A DNA stretch of 64,000 nt from an uncultured Rhodanobacteraceae bacterium (GCA_964583865.1 CAZOXZ010000001.1:760-64759); one strand, 5' to 3'; positions 1 through 10,065 are shown, counted from the first letter of the stretch. A program made the numbers and translations. The notes: generated from the sequence alone by a model not told the origin.

Positions 1-1111
1 TGGCCGAAGTGTTGAAGCGATAAATGACCCAGGCGAGGCGGCGCATGCCCTTGCGCAGGGTGTTTTCCAGCTCGCGTTGCATGGCGGCCTCGCGCTCGGG
101 ATGGCGCAGAGCGGTATCGACCAGCTCGGCGCCCCGCTCACCGCCTGTCAAGGCCAGGTGCACGCCCGAGGAAAACACCGGGTCGAGAAAACCGAAGGCA
201 TCGCCGATCAACAACCAGCCAGGTCCGCCGATGGTGGTGGAGCTGTAGGTGTAGTTGCCGGCGACGTAGATCTTGTCGTCGATCAGTTCGGCGTTCTTCA
301 TGCGTGACCACAGCGGCCCGTGGCTTTCCAGTGTCTGCATGAGGAACGCCTTGCGGTCCATGCCCTTGCGCTGGCGCATCCAGCTGGGCTGACAGACCGC
401 ACCCACGCTCATTTCGCCATGTGGCTGCGGGATCATCCACATCCAGCCATGCGGAAACATGTAGATGCTGATATTGCCTTCGTCCGGTGCCTCGCGCAGC
501 TCGACGCCACGAAAGCGCCCGAACACGGCGGCGCTCTTGTGCACTTTGCTTGGCCGGATGAGCTTGCGCTTGCGCGACAGGAAGGCGTCACGACCGCTGG
601 CATCGACGACGTAACGGGCCTTGATGCGGTAGGGCTCGCCGTCGTCCGGGCGTACATCCACCAGTGCCTCGCGCGGCCCGCGGTGTTCGACGGCACGTAC
701 CTCATGGCCCTGACGCCCATCGACGCCGTTCTCCACGGCGTTGTGGAACATCATCTCGTCGAACTCGGATCGGCACACGTGGTAGGAATAGCCCGGCCCG
801 TCGCCCAGGGCCTTGGCAAACTCGAAGGACTGGTAGCGACTGTCGTCCTCGGCCTGGAAATCGGCCGCCAGCTTCTTCTCGCCGAGAGCCTTGACCTTGT
901 CCAGCACGCCCAGGCGCTCGAACACCAGAAGGCTCATCGGCAACAGCGATTCACCGATATGAAAGCGCGGATGGTGTTCCTTTTCCAGCAGGAACACCTT
1001 CCAGCCCTTGCGCACCAGCCAGGTCGCAGCGCTGCTGCCGCCCGGTCCGGCCCCAATCACCAGCACATCGCATTCGTCTTCGCGCAACGGAGGGGTTTCC
1101 TTGTCGTTCAT
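1..1111 (-). CDS. FAD-dependent oxidoreductase, flavin-dependent halogenase-like (3' end runs off the window)
   Basis: Absent from the ORF track because it has no stop inside the window. My reverse translation from ATG 1111..1109 reads MNDKETPPLREDECDVLVIGAGPGGSSAATWLVRKGWKVFLLEKEHHPRFHIGESLLP (GxGxxG). HGWMWMIP (WxWxIP motif) lies at 451..428. The + strand ORF 320..1510 is its antisense shadow. Confidence 0.75.
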   Translation of the reverse strand, partial: MNDKETPPLREDECDVLVIGAGPGGSSAATWLVRKGWKVFLLEKEHHPRFHIGESLLPMSLLVFERLGVLDKVKALGEKKLAADFQAEDDSRYQSFEFAKALGDGPGYSYHVCRSEFDEMMFHNAVENGVDGRQGHEVRAVEHRGPREALVDVRPDDGEPYRIKARYVVDASGRDAFLSRKRKLIRPSKVHKSAAVFGRFRGVELREAPDEGNISIYMFPHGWMWMIPQPHGEMSVGAVCQPSWMRQRKGMDRKAFLMQTLESHGPLWSRMKNAELIDDKIYVAGNYTYSSTTIGGPGWLLIGDAFGFLDPVFSSGVHLALTGGERGAELVDTALRHPEREAAMQRELENTLRKGMRRLAWVIYRFNTSA

Positions 1112-1223
1112 TCGTGGTCCGCCAGCCATGATCGCGTCAGGGTACGAGCTTTGCCCCGGGTCGTCCACAACGAGGGACGATGCATCCCGTATCATGGCCG
1201 GTCTGCCACGGTGAACCCTTGCC

Positions 1224-3212
1224 ATGCTCAACCCACCCCAACACGCTGCTGTCGAATACATCGGCGGGCCCTTGCTGGTCCTTGCCGGGGCCGGTTCGGG
1301 CAAGACCCGCGTCATCACCGAGAAAGTCGCCTGGCTGCTGCGCGAGCGCCATCTCGCACCGGCGCGTATCGCGGCCATCACCTTCACCAACAAGGCGGCC
1401 CGCGAGATGCGTCAGCGCATCGCGGACAAGGTCGGCGCGGACACCACGGTCGAGCTGAACATTTGCACGTTTCACGCGCTGGGCCTGAAGTTCCTGCACA
1501 TCGAGCATGAACGTGCCGGGCTGGCACGCAACTTCAGCGTGCTGGATGCCGACGACAGCGGCAAGGCCATCAAGGAGCTGGCGCCGGCCAGCACCAAAAA
1601 GGATGCGCTGTGGCGCCTGCGCGGCCTCATCAGCCAGGCCAAGGCCGGCGGCCTGACGCCCGACGAGGCGGTAGCCATGGCACGCAGCCCGCGGGAGCAG
1701 CAGGCCGCCGAGATCTACGCCGCCTACCAGAAGCGCCTTTCGGCCTGGAACGCGGTCGACTTCGACGACCTCATCCGCCTGCCGCTGGCGGTGTTGCGCG
1801 ACCACGAGGAAGCGCGCACGGTCTGGCGCGAGCGCCTGCGCTACCTGCTGGTGGACGAGTACCAGGACACCAACGAGGCGCAGTACCGCCTGCTGCAACT
1901 GCTGGCCGGCGAACGCGGCGCCTTCACCTGCGTCGGCGACGACGACCAGTCCATTTACGCCTGGCGTGGCGCACGTCCGGAGAACCTGGACCAGCTGGCC
2001 GAGGACTGGCCGTCGCTGAAGGTCATCAAGCTGGAGCAGAACTACCGGTGCTCGAAGCGCATTCGGGCGGCGGCCAATGCGCTCATTGCCAACAATCCAC
2101 ACGTGCACCCCAAGACGCTGTGGAGCGACCTGCCCGAAGGCCCGCCCATCCGCGTGCTGGAATGCCAGCATGGCACGCACGAGGGCGAGCGCATCGCCAA
2201 CACCATCAGCCATCTGGCCGAACGCCACAAGGCACCCTGGCACGAATTCGCCGTGCTGTACCGCGGCAACCATCAGGCACGCGTGCTGGAAAAGGCGCTG
2301 CGGCTGGTGCGCGTGCCCTACCACCTGACCGGCGCGCTGAGCTTCCTGGACCGCGCCGAGGTCAAGGACCTGCTGGCCTACCTGCGCCTGATCGACAACC
2401 CCAGCGATGACGCCGCCTTCCTGCGCATCGCCAACACGCCACGGCGCGGCATCGGCGCGACCACGTTGGAGACTCTGGGCCGCATGGCACGGTTGCACGG
2501 CCGATCCATGCTGGCGCTGGCGGGCGACACGGGTGCGTTGGGCGCACTGTCTGCACGTCCGGCATCGGCCCTGGCCGGCTTCGCCGAGCTCATGGCCGGG
2601 CTGCGCCGGCACGCCACAAGCCACACGCCCGTCGAGCTGGTCGAGGAAACCATCCGCCGCACACGCTACCGCGAACATATTGCCCAGGACGGCGCCAACG
2701 AGGAGTTGCAACGGCGGCGCCAAGGCAATCTCGACGAGTTGCTGGATTGGTTCCGCGCCATGCAGAAGCAGCACACGGGCGCCGGCAGCCTGACGCAACA
2801 ACTGGCTCTGCTCGGCCAGGCCGACCGCGACGATCCCGGCAACCGTGTGCGCTTGATGACACTGCACGCCGCCAAGGGTCTGGAGTTCCGTTTCGTGTTC
2901 ATCGTTGGCGTCAGCGACGGCCTGTTGCCGCACGAAGGCGCCATCGAGGAAGGCCGGCTGGACGAGGAACGGCGGCTGTTCTACGTCGGCATCACGCGCG
3001 CCCGCGAGCTGCTGACCCTGAGCTGGCCGGCGCACAGCCGGCGCTTCGGCGAGATCCACAGCAACAAGCCCAGCCGTTTCCTCAAGGAGTTGCCGCAAGA
3101 CCAGCTGCACTGGCTGGGACGTGACCGTGAAGCGGATCAGGCCGTGACCAGGGAAACGGCGGAAACCGCCATCGCGCGCATGAAAGCCATGCTGGCCGGC
3201 CAGAGCGGCTGA
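1224..3212 (+). CDS. rep: ATP-dependent DNA helicase Rep (UvrD/Rep superfamily 1)
   Basis: 662 aa. N-terminus MLNPPQHAAVEYIGGPLLVLAGAGSGKTRVITEKVAWLL (Walker A). Also has DEYQDTN, the YRCSKRI region and TLHAAKGLEF motifs. Length fits Rep better than UvrD. Confidence 0.88.
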   Translation: MLNPPQHAAVEYIGGPLLVLAGAGSGKTRVITEKVAWLLRERHLAPARIAAITFTNKAAREMRQRIADKVGADTTVELNICTFHALGLKFLHIEHERAGLARNFSVLDADDSGKAIKELAPASTKKDALWRLRGLISQAKAGGLTPDEAVAMARSPREQQAAEIYAAYQKRLSAWNAVDFDDLIRLPLAVLRDHEEARTVWRERLRYLLVDEYQDTNEAQYRLLQLLAGERGAFTCVGDDDQSIYAWRGARPENLDQLAEDWPSLKVIKLEQNYRCSKRIRAAANALIANNPHVHPKTLWSDLPEGPPIRVLECQHGTHEGERIANTISHLAERHKAPWHEFAVLYRGNHQARVLEKALRLVRVPYHLTGALSFLDRAEVKDLLAYLRLIDNPSDDAAFLRIANTPRRGIGATTLETLGRMARLHGRSMLALAGDTGALGALSARPASALAGFAELMAGLRRHATSHTPVELVEETIRRTRYREHIAQDGANEELQRRRQGNLDELLDWFRAMQKQHTGAGSLTQQLALLGQADRDDPGNRVRLMTLHAAKGLEFRFVFIVGVSDGLLPHEGAIEEGRLDEERRLFYVGITRARELLTLSWPAHSRRFGEIHSNKPSRFLKELPQDQLHWLGRDREADQAVTRETAETAIARMKAMLAGQSG

Positions 3213-3218
3213 GCAACA

Positions 3219-4001
3219 TCAGAACCCGTATTTGGAAAAGCCGCCGTCGACAGCCAGGGTTTCCCCGCTGATGAACCCGGCGGCGGGCAGGCACAGGAAG
3301 GCCACGGCAGCCGCGACCTCGGCCGGCTCGCCGATGCGCCCGGCGGGCGTACGTTCCAGCACGCGATCCAGGTAATCGGCATCGGCCAGCGCCTTGTCGG
3401 AACGACGCGTGCGAATGTACCAGGGCGAGACCGCGTTGACGCGAATGCCGTCGGCGGCCCACTCGCAGGCCAGGGTCCGGGTCATCTGCTCCAGCCCGGC
3501 CTTGGCCATGGCATAGGGCGCGCCCGTGCCGACATGCGTGCGCGCCGCAATCGAGCCGACGTTGACGATGGCCACTTCGGCATGATTGCTGAGTTGCGGC
3601 CATGCCTGACGGCACATGGCAAAGGCGCTGACGAGGTTCAGTTCCAGCAGCTGGCGCACTTCGCTGTCGTCGTAGTCCACGGCGGGCGCGATACGGTTGC
3701 CGCCAACGTTGTTGACCAGCAGCGACAGAGGCACATCCAGTGCCTCGATCCAGTCGAAAACCGCCCGCCGATCGTCCGCGTCCACCAAGTCGGCCGACAG
3801 GGTGTGCACCGCGCAATCCGGATACTGCTCGACCAGGTCCATGGCCGCTTCATCCAGCGCGTTCTCATGCCGCGCCACCAGCAACAGGTCGGCGCCGCGC
3901 CCGGCCAGCTCGTGCGCGCAGGCCAGACCGATGCCCGCGCTGGCACCCGTCACGAGTGCCGTGCGATCGTCCAGGCGCCACCGTGGATCAGAAACATTCA
4001 T
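3219..4001 (-). CDS. SDR family oxidoreductase (tropinone-reductase-like)
   Basis: 260 aa. TGASAGIG cofactor motif, NNVG, YAMAKAG (YxxxK) and a C-terminal ETLAVDGGF. Confidence 0.9.
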   Translation of the reverse strand: MNVSDPRWRLDDRTALVTGASAGIGLACAHELAGRGADLLLVARHENALDEAAMDLVEQYPDCAVHTLSADLVDADDRRAVFDWIEALDVPLSLLVNNVGGNRIAPAVDYDDSEVRQLLELNLVSAFAMCRQAWPQLSNHAEVAIVNVGSIAARTHVGTGAPYAMAKAGLEQMTRTLACEWAADGIRVNAVSPWYIRTRRSDKALADADYLDRVLERTPAGRIGEPAEVAAAVAFLCLPAAGFISGETLAVDGGFSKYGF

Positions 4002-4080
4002 GCCGCGCAGCTTACACGAAGCCCGATTGCATCACGACGCCAGCGGCGCGACACTGGCAGTCAGCCACGGGAGACACACC

Positions 4081-4350
4081 ATGAAAACCTTGCTGATTGC
4101 CGCTCTGGTCCTGTTGCTGGGCGCCTGTTCGGGCAGCTCGCAACCGGATGCCAGCCAACCTGCTGCAAGCCCGGCTGCCGAGAGTGCCTCGACTGCCACC
4201 GACAAGGCGCCGGCCAGCCATGTGCCCGAGCATATCCAGACCTTGCGCGGCTACGAAGACAGGGCCCGCAACGTCGAGAACGTGCTGCAAAAAGCCGACC
4301 AGAAACGCCGCCAGCAACTGCAGCAGGCCAGCGGTGGCGACAACGGTTGA
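4081..4350 (+). CDS. small lipoprotein, unknown function
   Basis: GGGAGA RBS lies 7 nt before ATG 4081. MKTLLIAALVLLLGAC is a lipobox signal. The rest is Ala/Ser/Gln-rich. It is the in-frame tail of track ORF 3697..4350. Confidence 0.6.
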   Translation: MKTLLIAALVLLLGACSGSSQPDASQPAASPAAESASTATDKAPASHVPEHIQTLRGYEDRARNVENVLQKADQKRRQQLQQASGGDNG

Positions 4351-4490
4351 CCCCGTTTTCCCGGCACAAATGCCCGCTCCGTCGCTGCGCTCCTTGAGCG
4401 GGCCTGCGGCGCGCGAATTGGTGATGCAGGCCGGATCAAGCGCGCAGCGCGGATCCGGCACCGATTCCCGATTCCCTGCCCCCGCTTCCC
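4351..4490. repeat. interspersed repeat family A copy (inverted relative to 17520..17725)
   Basis: The reverse complement matches 17590..17700 almost base for base (gggaatcggtgccggatccgcgctgcgcgcttgatccggcc ... ggcccgctcaaggagcgcagcgacggagcgggcattt). It ends in cgattcccgattccc heptamers. Confidence 0.85.
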
Positions 4491-4493
4491 GAC

Positions 4494-5732
4494 CTATTCC
4501 GCCCGCAATGCCTCGATGGGGTCCAGTGCGGCGGCTTGACGGGCGGGGTAGATGCTGAAGCCGATGCCGATGGCGGTGCAAACCAGGGCGGCGAGCAGGA
4601 TGGGGATGGGTGCCCAGGCGACTTGCCAGCCGGCGAACACGGCGATGAAGTAGGCCAGCAGACCGCCGAACAGGATGCCGATGCCGGCGCCGACGACACA
4701 GATGACGGTGGCTTCGCGCAGGAAGCGCCAGATGATGTCGCTGCGACGTGCGCCGATGGCGCGCAGCAGGCCGATTTCGCGGCGCCGCTCCAACACGTTG
4801 GCCAGCATGATGTTCATGATGCCGATACCGCCGACCAGCAAGCTGACGGCCGCGATGGCGCCCATGACGATGGAAAAGATGCGCTGGGTTTTCTGGTTCT
4901 GCTGGTACAGCTGCTGCGGCACGATGAGGTTGAAGTCACGCGCACCGCCGTGGCGCTGGGCGAGCAAGTCGCCCAGCACGCGTGCGTACTGCCCCAGATG
5001 CGAAGGATCGTCGATGCGCAGCATGAAGCGGTCAACCGGGTCCTCCATGGGCTCGAAACGGAACCGGACCTGGGCCGTGGTCAACGGAATGAACACGCGA
5101 TTGGCCGCCGAGCCCAGAGACACGCCCTCGAATTTATCCTTGCCGAGATCGCGGTCCGCCAGCATGCCCACAACACGAACCCAGACATGATCCAGCTTCA
5201 CCAGCTGACCCAGCGCATTGCCTTGCGGAAACAGCTGGGCGGCAGCCTGGTGCCCCAGCACGGCCACGGTTGCCAACTCGGCGCTGTCTTCGGCGGTCAG
5301 GCCACGCCCGGCCGCCACCTGCAAGGAGCTGAGCTCGAACCAGCCCGGGCTGACGCCACTGGCGCGAATCCCGCCACTGCCGACATCCGAGTACACCGTG
5401 TGCACGTCGAGGTTCTTCTCGGCTGCCCAGGCCTCGGCGCCGGGCACCACTTCCCAGGCCGCGCGCGCGTCGCTGCGGGTCAGACCGAGGCTGCGCGCAC
5501 GCAATTCCTTGAGAGCATCCTCGTCGGTCGGCGCATTGGCCTCCACGATGAGATTGTTGAGGCCGAGGCTTTGCACCAGCTTCAGCGCCTGACGGCGACT
5601 GCCTTCGCCGACGCCCTGCATGGCGACAATGGCACCGACACCGAAGATCAGGCCCAGCAGGGTCAGGCCGGTACGCAACTTGCGTCGCCACAATTCCTGG
5701 ATGGCTTCACGCCAGCGCAAGGGCAGTCTCAT
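4494..5732 (-). CDS. ABC transporter permease, MacB/FtsX-like
   Basis: 412 aa. N-terminal TM, large periplasmic domain and a C-terminal FtsX-type 3-TM bundle (LLRAIGARRSDI). The start overlaps the upstream stop (ATGA). Confidence 0.9.
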   Translation of the reverse strand: MRLPLRWREAIQELWRRKLRTGLTLLGLIFGVGAIVAMQGVGEGSRRQALKLVQSLGLNNLIVEANAPTDEDALKELRARSLGLTRSDARAAWEVVPGAEAWAAEKNLDVHTVYSDVGSGGIRASGVSPGWFELSSLQVAAGRGLTAEDSAELATVAVLGHQAAAQLFPQGNALGQLVKLDHVWVRVVGMLADRDLGKDKFEGVSLGSAANRVFIPLTTAQVRFRFEPMEDPVDRFMLRIDDPSHLGQYARVLGDLLAQRHGGARDFNLIVPQQLYQQNQKTQRIFSIVMGAIAAVSLLVGGIGIMNIMLANVLERRREIGLLRAIGARRSDIIWRFLREATVICVVGAGIGILFGGLLAYFIAVFAGWQVAWAPIPILLAALVCTAIGIGFSIYPARQAAALDPIEALRAE

Positions 5733-6946
5733 GCCGGTGCTCCCGCAGTGGCCGGTTTCTGCAGCAGGATGCGTTCGCCACCCTTGAGGCCTTCGACGAT
5801 CTGACTGCGACTGGCACCTCGCGCCCCAAGCTTCACGGCCCGCGCCGTGGCTTCGCCATCGTCAAGCACATAGACACGCGGCTTGTTGCCGGAGGTGTCG
5901 ATGGCCAGGTTGGGCACGCCAATGGCCTTGTCGGCCTGGAACACGACGATGTCCACGGCGAAGCGCTGCTGTGGCATCCAGTGGTATTTCTCGATGGCTT
6001 CCTTGGGCACGCTGGCTTTCATCATCACGTATTTCACCGGGCTCTCGCGGCTGCGGGTCTGGCCGGCGGCGGCGATCCAGCTGATCGTCGAGGACGCGGT
6101 CTGGCCGGGCTGGCCGAGCGGATGCATGTGCACCACATCACCGACGTTGATGCCCTGGGCCTGCACCTGCGGCACGGCAATCTCGATTTCCATCTTGCTG
6201 GTGTCCGGCAGACTGGCCAGCGGTCGGCCGGCAAACAGGGTGCTGCCGATTCGCGGTTTCTCGCCGCTCCAGTCGGCCTGCAGCATGAAGATGCCGTCAT
6301 GCGGCGCGCGCAACTCCAGCGCATCGAGATCATCGCGTTTTTGCTGCGCCTGGACTTCCAGGGTGTTGCGTTTGGCGTCGAGCACCGCCAGTTCGGTCTT
6401 GCCGCGCTCGCTGGTCTGGCCCTGACGCCACTGCAGCACATCCTGCTTGGTGCCGAGGTACGCCTTGTTCTGCACGGCATCCAGCACCTTGTTGCGTGCC
6501 AATGCATCCAGATCGGCATTGGCATAGCGGTTGGCGATCGCCAGCTGGTAGGCCACGTTGGCCAGGCTGACCTGCAATTGGCCGCGTTCCTGGGCCAATT
6601 GTGCTTCCTTGCCCAGGTGCGCCAGGGTATTGCGCTTCAGGTCGATCTCGGCCTGCGCCAGGTCCTGCTTGCTGCGCGTGGCGGAAAAACGCGCCACCAC
6701 TTCACCCTTGTCGACTTCGCTGCCGTCGGGTTTCAGCCACACCAGTTGCCGCTGGCTCCATTGGCGTCCGGGCACCATCAACGGTGTGGACTGGGTTGCC
6801 TGCAGGTTGCCCCTGACCTGGATGTCCAGCATCAGGGGGCCGGCCTGAACCACCAGGTTGGCGGGCTGATCGGCAATCTCGCCGCTGCATCCGGCCAACA
6901 CGGACAGCAGCAGCAAACATGACAACAGAGACAGGCATCGCTTCAT
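5729..6946 (-). CDS. periplasmic adaptor subunit (HlyD/MFP family) lipoprotein
   Basis: 405 aa. Has an LAGC lipobox, then lipoyl-like, coiled-coil and beta-barrel segments. It is paralogous to the second half of the upstream gene. Confidence 0.87.
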   Translation of the reverse strand: MKRCLSLLSCLLLLSVLAGCSGEIADQPANLVVQAGPLMLDIQVRGNLQATQSTPLMVPGRQWSQRQLVWLKPDGSEVDKGEVVARFSATRSKQDLAQAEIDLKRNTLAHLGKEAQLAQERGQLQVSLANVAYQLAIANRYANADLDALARNKVLDAVQNKAYLGTKQDVLQWRQGQTSERGKTELAVLDAKRNTLEVQAQQKRDDLDALELRAPHDGIFMLQADWSGEKPRIGSTLFAGRPLASLPDTSKMEIEIAVPQVQAQGINVGDVVHMHPLGQPGQTASSTISWIAAAGQTRSRESPVKYVMMKASVPKEAIEKYHWMPQQRFAVDIVVFQADKAIGVPNLAIDTSGNKPRVYVLDDGEATARAVKLGARGASRSQIVEGLKGGERILLQKPATAGAPA

Positions 6947-8838
6947 GTTGCTTGCTCCTCCGCCGGTCGGATGGTGACCTGGACCGGCTGACCGGGCTTC
7001 AGGCCTTGCATCGCGGATTCATCCAGGCTGATGTCCAGGTCGATCACGGGGATGGGTTCGGCGCGTGACTTACTGTGCACGCTGCGGCCAATGGCATGGA
7101 TGCGGCCGTCGATCTGGCGCGAGATGCCGCCGGACAGCGTCACCTTGACGGGCTGCCCCACATGCACGTGCGTCAGGTCATGCTCGGGCAGGCTGGCATG
7201 CACGGCCAGGGTGTCCATGTCCGGAATGTCGGCGATGGCCCGACCGCGCCACACCGACGAGCCGGTGTCGATCTTCTCGCCGCTCCACTCGCTGCGATGC
7301 AACAGAATGCCGGAGCGTGGCGCGTTCAACGTCAGCTTGGCAACGGACTCGGTCAGCCGGGTGACTTCATGCTGCGCCAGGCGCACCTCGATCGTGGCCT
7401 GCTGTTGTTGCGCCTGGCGATAGCGTGCGGCGATGGTGCTGCGCTTGCGGGTCAACTTCAGCACTCCGGCCGCACGCTCGCGGTCGATGACCAGCTTCTT
7501 GTATTCGATGCCGGGCACGTATTGCTGTGGTTGCTGAGCCTTGCGCCGCGCCTTTTCGGCTTCGGCTTCGGCTTCGGCCAGCGTCACGCGTGCTTCCTTG
7601 GCCTTTTGTGCCAGGTCCAGCTCCAGCTTCTCCAGTGAGCGTTTCTGCTCCTTCAGCTTGGCTTTGCTGGATGGCAATTCCTCGGCCACGTCGCCGGCCG
7701 CAAAGGTGACGATGGGCTGGCCCTTGCTGACCTCGATGCCGTCACCGGCCATGCGCGTGATGGTCATGCGCCACATGCCGGGGATCTGCGGTGGCGTGAT
7801 CCTGACGCTGCTGCGGGCATAGATCTCCCCGCTGGCATGCAACACCTCGCGGGCCACGGGTGCGGCCTCGAGTACCTTGGCGTCAAGATTGGTGTCAACC
7901 CGCACACTCATGCCCGGCAGCAGATCCAGCGCATCCATGCCATGCGCGCCCTGGATATCCAGCTGGAAATAGCGCCCGCCGCCCCATTCACGCCGCTGTT
8001 GTGCCACGCCGCTGATGGCCGTGACGGTGCCTTTCACGGACGAGCTTGGCAGGGCGTCGAAATGCAAGTTCACCTGCTGGCCGACATGCACCTCGTCACG
8101 ATCCGACTCCAGCAACCAGGCCTCGACGGCATAGTGCCCGCCGGGCTTGACGATCTCGCCCACCTCGGTGCCGGGCCGCGCGTTCGAACCCTGGTCGTAG
8201 CGGCCCTCCTCGCTGCCACGGATGAAGCCGTGTACCACGGTGCCGTCCTGGCCGGCGTAAACGGTTGCCACATCCACCTGATCCTGGTTGAAGTCCAGCT
8301 GCAGGGTCAGTTTCCGTATCGTCAGCTCGCCATCCTTCTCCTGCCGTGCCACCGCGGCACGCGCGTCCGCAAGCTCGCGCTCGGCCACTTGCACGGCACG
8401 CTTGGCACTGGTCCAGGTTCCCTGGTAACGATCGTAGTCGATGGCGGCAATGAGCTTTGCGGGAATGGCTGCGTCCACGGCTGCCGTCTTCGCGGCCGCA
8501 CGCGCGTTCACCAGGGCAATCTGCGCATCCAGTTCGGCCAGTTGCAAGCGTGCCAGCTCGGCCGCATTCTTGCTGTTGGCCCGTTCGATCTTGTCCTTCA
8601 AACCCTGCAACTGGGCGGCCGCTGCTCCGGCGTCGATGCGCAACACCGGATCGCCCTTGTTCACCGTTGCCCCGTCTTCGACGTAAAAGCGCAATACCAC
8701 CGGCGAGCTCAAGGCCGGCGGCACCAGGATGGCCTCGGCGCCCAGCGAGCGCACGCTGCCGGTCAACACCACCGCCGGAGCCGACGAGCAGAAGACCAGC
8801 ATGACGGCTGGCAGGAGCCTGGCGATGAGCCTACCCAT
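6943..8838 (-). CDS. tandem (internally duplicated) HlyD-family periplasmic adaptor
   Basis: Start moved to [16 protein letters not shown] (cat at 8836..8838), which overlaps the ATPase stop by 8 nt. The 631 aa contain two successive lipoyl/coiled-coil/barrel modules. Confidence 0.82.
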   Translation of the reverse strand: MGRLIARLLPAVMLVFCSSAPAVVLTGSVRSLGAEAILVPPALSSPVVLRFYVEDGATVNKGDPVLRIDAGAAAAQLQGLKDKIERANSKNAAELARLQLAELDAQIALVNARAAAKTAAVDAAIPAKLIAAIDYDRYQGTWTSAKRAVQVAERELADARAAVARQEKDGELTIRKLTLQLDFNQDQVDVATVYAGQDGTVVHGFIRGSEEGRYDQGSNARPGTEVGEIVKPGGHYAVEAWLLESDRDEVHVGQQVNLHFDALPSSSVKGTVTAISGVAQQRREWGGGRYFQLDIQGAHGMDALDLLPGMSVRVDTNLDAKVLEAAPVAREVLHASGEIYARSSVRITPPQIPGMWRMTITRMAGDGIEVSKGQPIVTFAAGDVAEELPSSKAKLKEQKRSLEKLELDLAQKAKEARVTLAEAEAEAEKARRKAQQPQQYVPGIEYKKLVIDRERAAGVLKLTRKRSTIAARYRQAQQQQATIEVRLAQHEVTRLTESVAKLTLNAPRSGILLHRSEWSGEKIDTGSSVWRGRAIADIPDMDTLAVHASLPEHDLTHVHVGQPVKVTLSGGISRQIDGRIHAIGRSVHSKSRAEPIPVIDLDISLDESAMQGLKPGQPVQVTIRPAEEQAT

Positions 8839-9520
8839 GGGCCACCTCCGCCTGGCTGTCGTGTTCGATCCTGCCGTCACGGATGTGGATTTGCCGCTCG
8901 GCGTGCATGGCCGTGTCCCGGTCGTGCGTGACCATGATGATGGTCTGGCCCTCGGCGTGAATCTCGTCAATCAACTCCAGCACGGCCGCAGCACTTTTCG
9001 AGTCCAGGTTGCCGGTCGGCTCGTCGGCCAGCAGCACGGCCGGGCGCATCACCAGCGCGCGGGCGATGGCCACGCGTTGCACCTGGCCGCCGGACAGCTG
9101 GCCGGGCCGGTGGTCCAGGCGCTCACCGAGGCCCATGCGCCCGAGCAGCTGGCGTGCATGCGCTTCCAGACCGGGGATGTCGCCGCGCAGGAAGCGCCGC
9201 GGCAACAGCACGTTCTCCATCACCGTCAGGCGCGGCAGCAGGTGAAAGGACTGGAACACGAAACCGATGCGCCGGTTGCGAAATTCGCTGGCTTGTTCGT
9301 CGTCAAACGTGGACACGTCCGTTCCGTCCAGCCAGTAATGGCCGCTGTCCGGCCGGTCCAGCACGCCGAGGATGTTGAGCAGCGTGGACTTGCCCGAGCC
9401 GGATGGCCCGACGACCGCCATGAACTGCCCGGCCGGCACGGTCAGGCTCACGCCATCCAGGGCACGAACGGTCTGTCCGCCGACATGATAATGCCGGCAA
9501 ATGTCATCAAGCTGGACCAC
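8831..9520 (-). CDS. ABC transporter ATP-binding protein (MacB/LolD-like)
   Basis: 229 aa with a GTG start. GPSGSGKST Walker [16 protein letters not shown] signature and [11 protein letters not shown]alker B. Confidence 0.93.
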   Translation of the reverse strand: MVQLDDICRHYHVGGQTVRALDGVSLTVPAGQFMAVVGPSGSGKSTLLNILGVLDRPDSGHYWLDGTDVSTFDDEQASEFRNRRIGFVFQSFHLLPRLTVMENVLLPRRFLRGDIPGLEAHARQLLGRMGLGERLDHRPGQLSGGQVQRVAIARALVMRPAVLLADEPTGNLDSKSAAAVLELIDEIHAEGQTIIMVTHDRDTAMHAERQIHIRDGRIEHDSQAEVAHG

Positions 9521-10065
9521 GATTCACCATGCAGCAATGCAATCAAGATAAAGACGCGCTGAATACGGCAAAGTTCCATGGCGCGCACAATTTCCGGACA
9601 TGCCGGGCCAACATCATGACCACTGAGTGCTGCGTGCACCAGAGCCGAAAGTCATGGATTGATGCCGTTGACTCAAACCGGATCGTGGCTGCAATCGGCA
9701 ACGGCGACCGGTCTTGAAGCGACTGCGGGTTTCAATTGCGGGGTGGTTGCCGCTACCATGCATCGCTCATTCATTTCCTGAACCTTGCCGGAACCCGGCC
9801 ATTGATCGCGTTCGGACGGCAATTCTGCCGGTGTCGCAACGTGTCGCCGGATGCCAAGTTTCGGCTCGTCCGTGTTGCGCGGACCACAACCCGGAGCCCT
9901 GCGGCGTGCTTGTTGGCAGCCGTCACCGGAAACCGCGCGAAGGCTTTCGCAACGTATCCAGATGATGCGTCCCCAAGCCCGCGGATCGGCATTGTCGCAG
10001 CAGCGCTCGCCCATGTGGCGGGCTCACCGGTGCGCTCCGGGCATCATCAACAAGGGAGAACATCT

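Noticed and set aside
1137-3110. 657-aa ORF antisense to rep. Similar long shadow ORFs: 320..1510 +, 11679..13592 -, 18169..20619 +, 25921..27537 -, 29323..31746 -, 38799..40079 -, 42429..44432 -, 55517..57280 -
   Set aside because: Each overlaps a gene on the other strand or frame that has unmistakable family motifs. Their translations are Arg/Ala/Gly/Pro-rich with no motifs, as expected for stop-poor alternative frames in GC-rich DNA.
9736-10065. N-terminal extensions in the ORF track, for example putP from 9736, cpdB-like from 11196, adaptor from 8970, argS from 16742, purD from 19232, dprA from 24753, def from 25858, asnB-like from 38901 and ntrX from 42450
   Set aside because: The extensions are not protein-like. 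Internal starts have RBSs, signal peptides or stop/start overlaps, and they match the canonical N-termini of the families.
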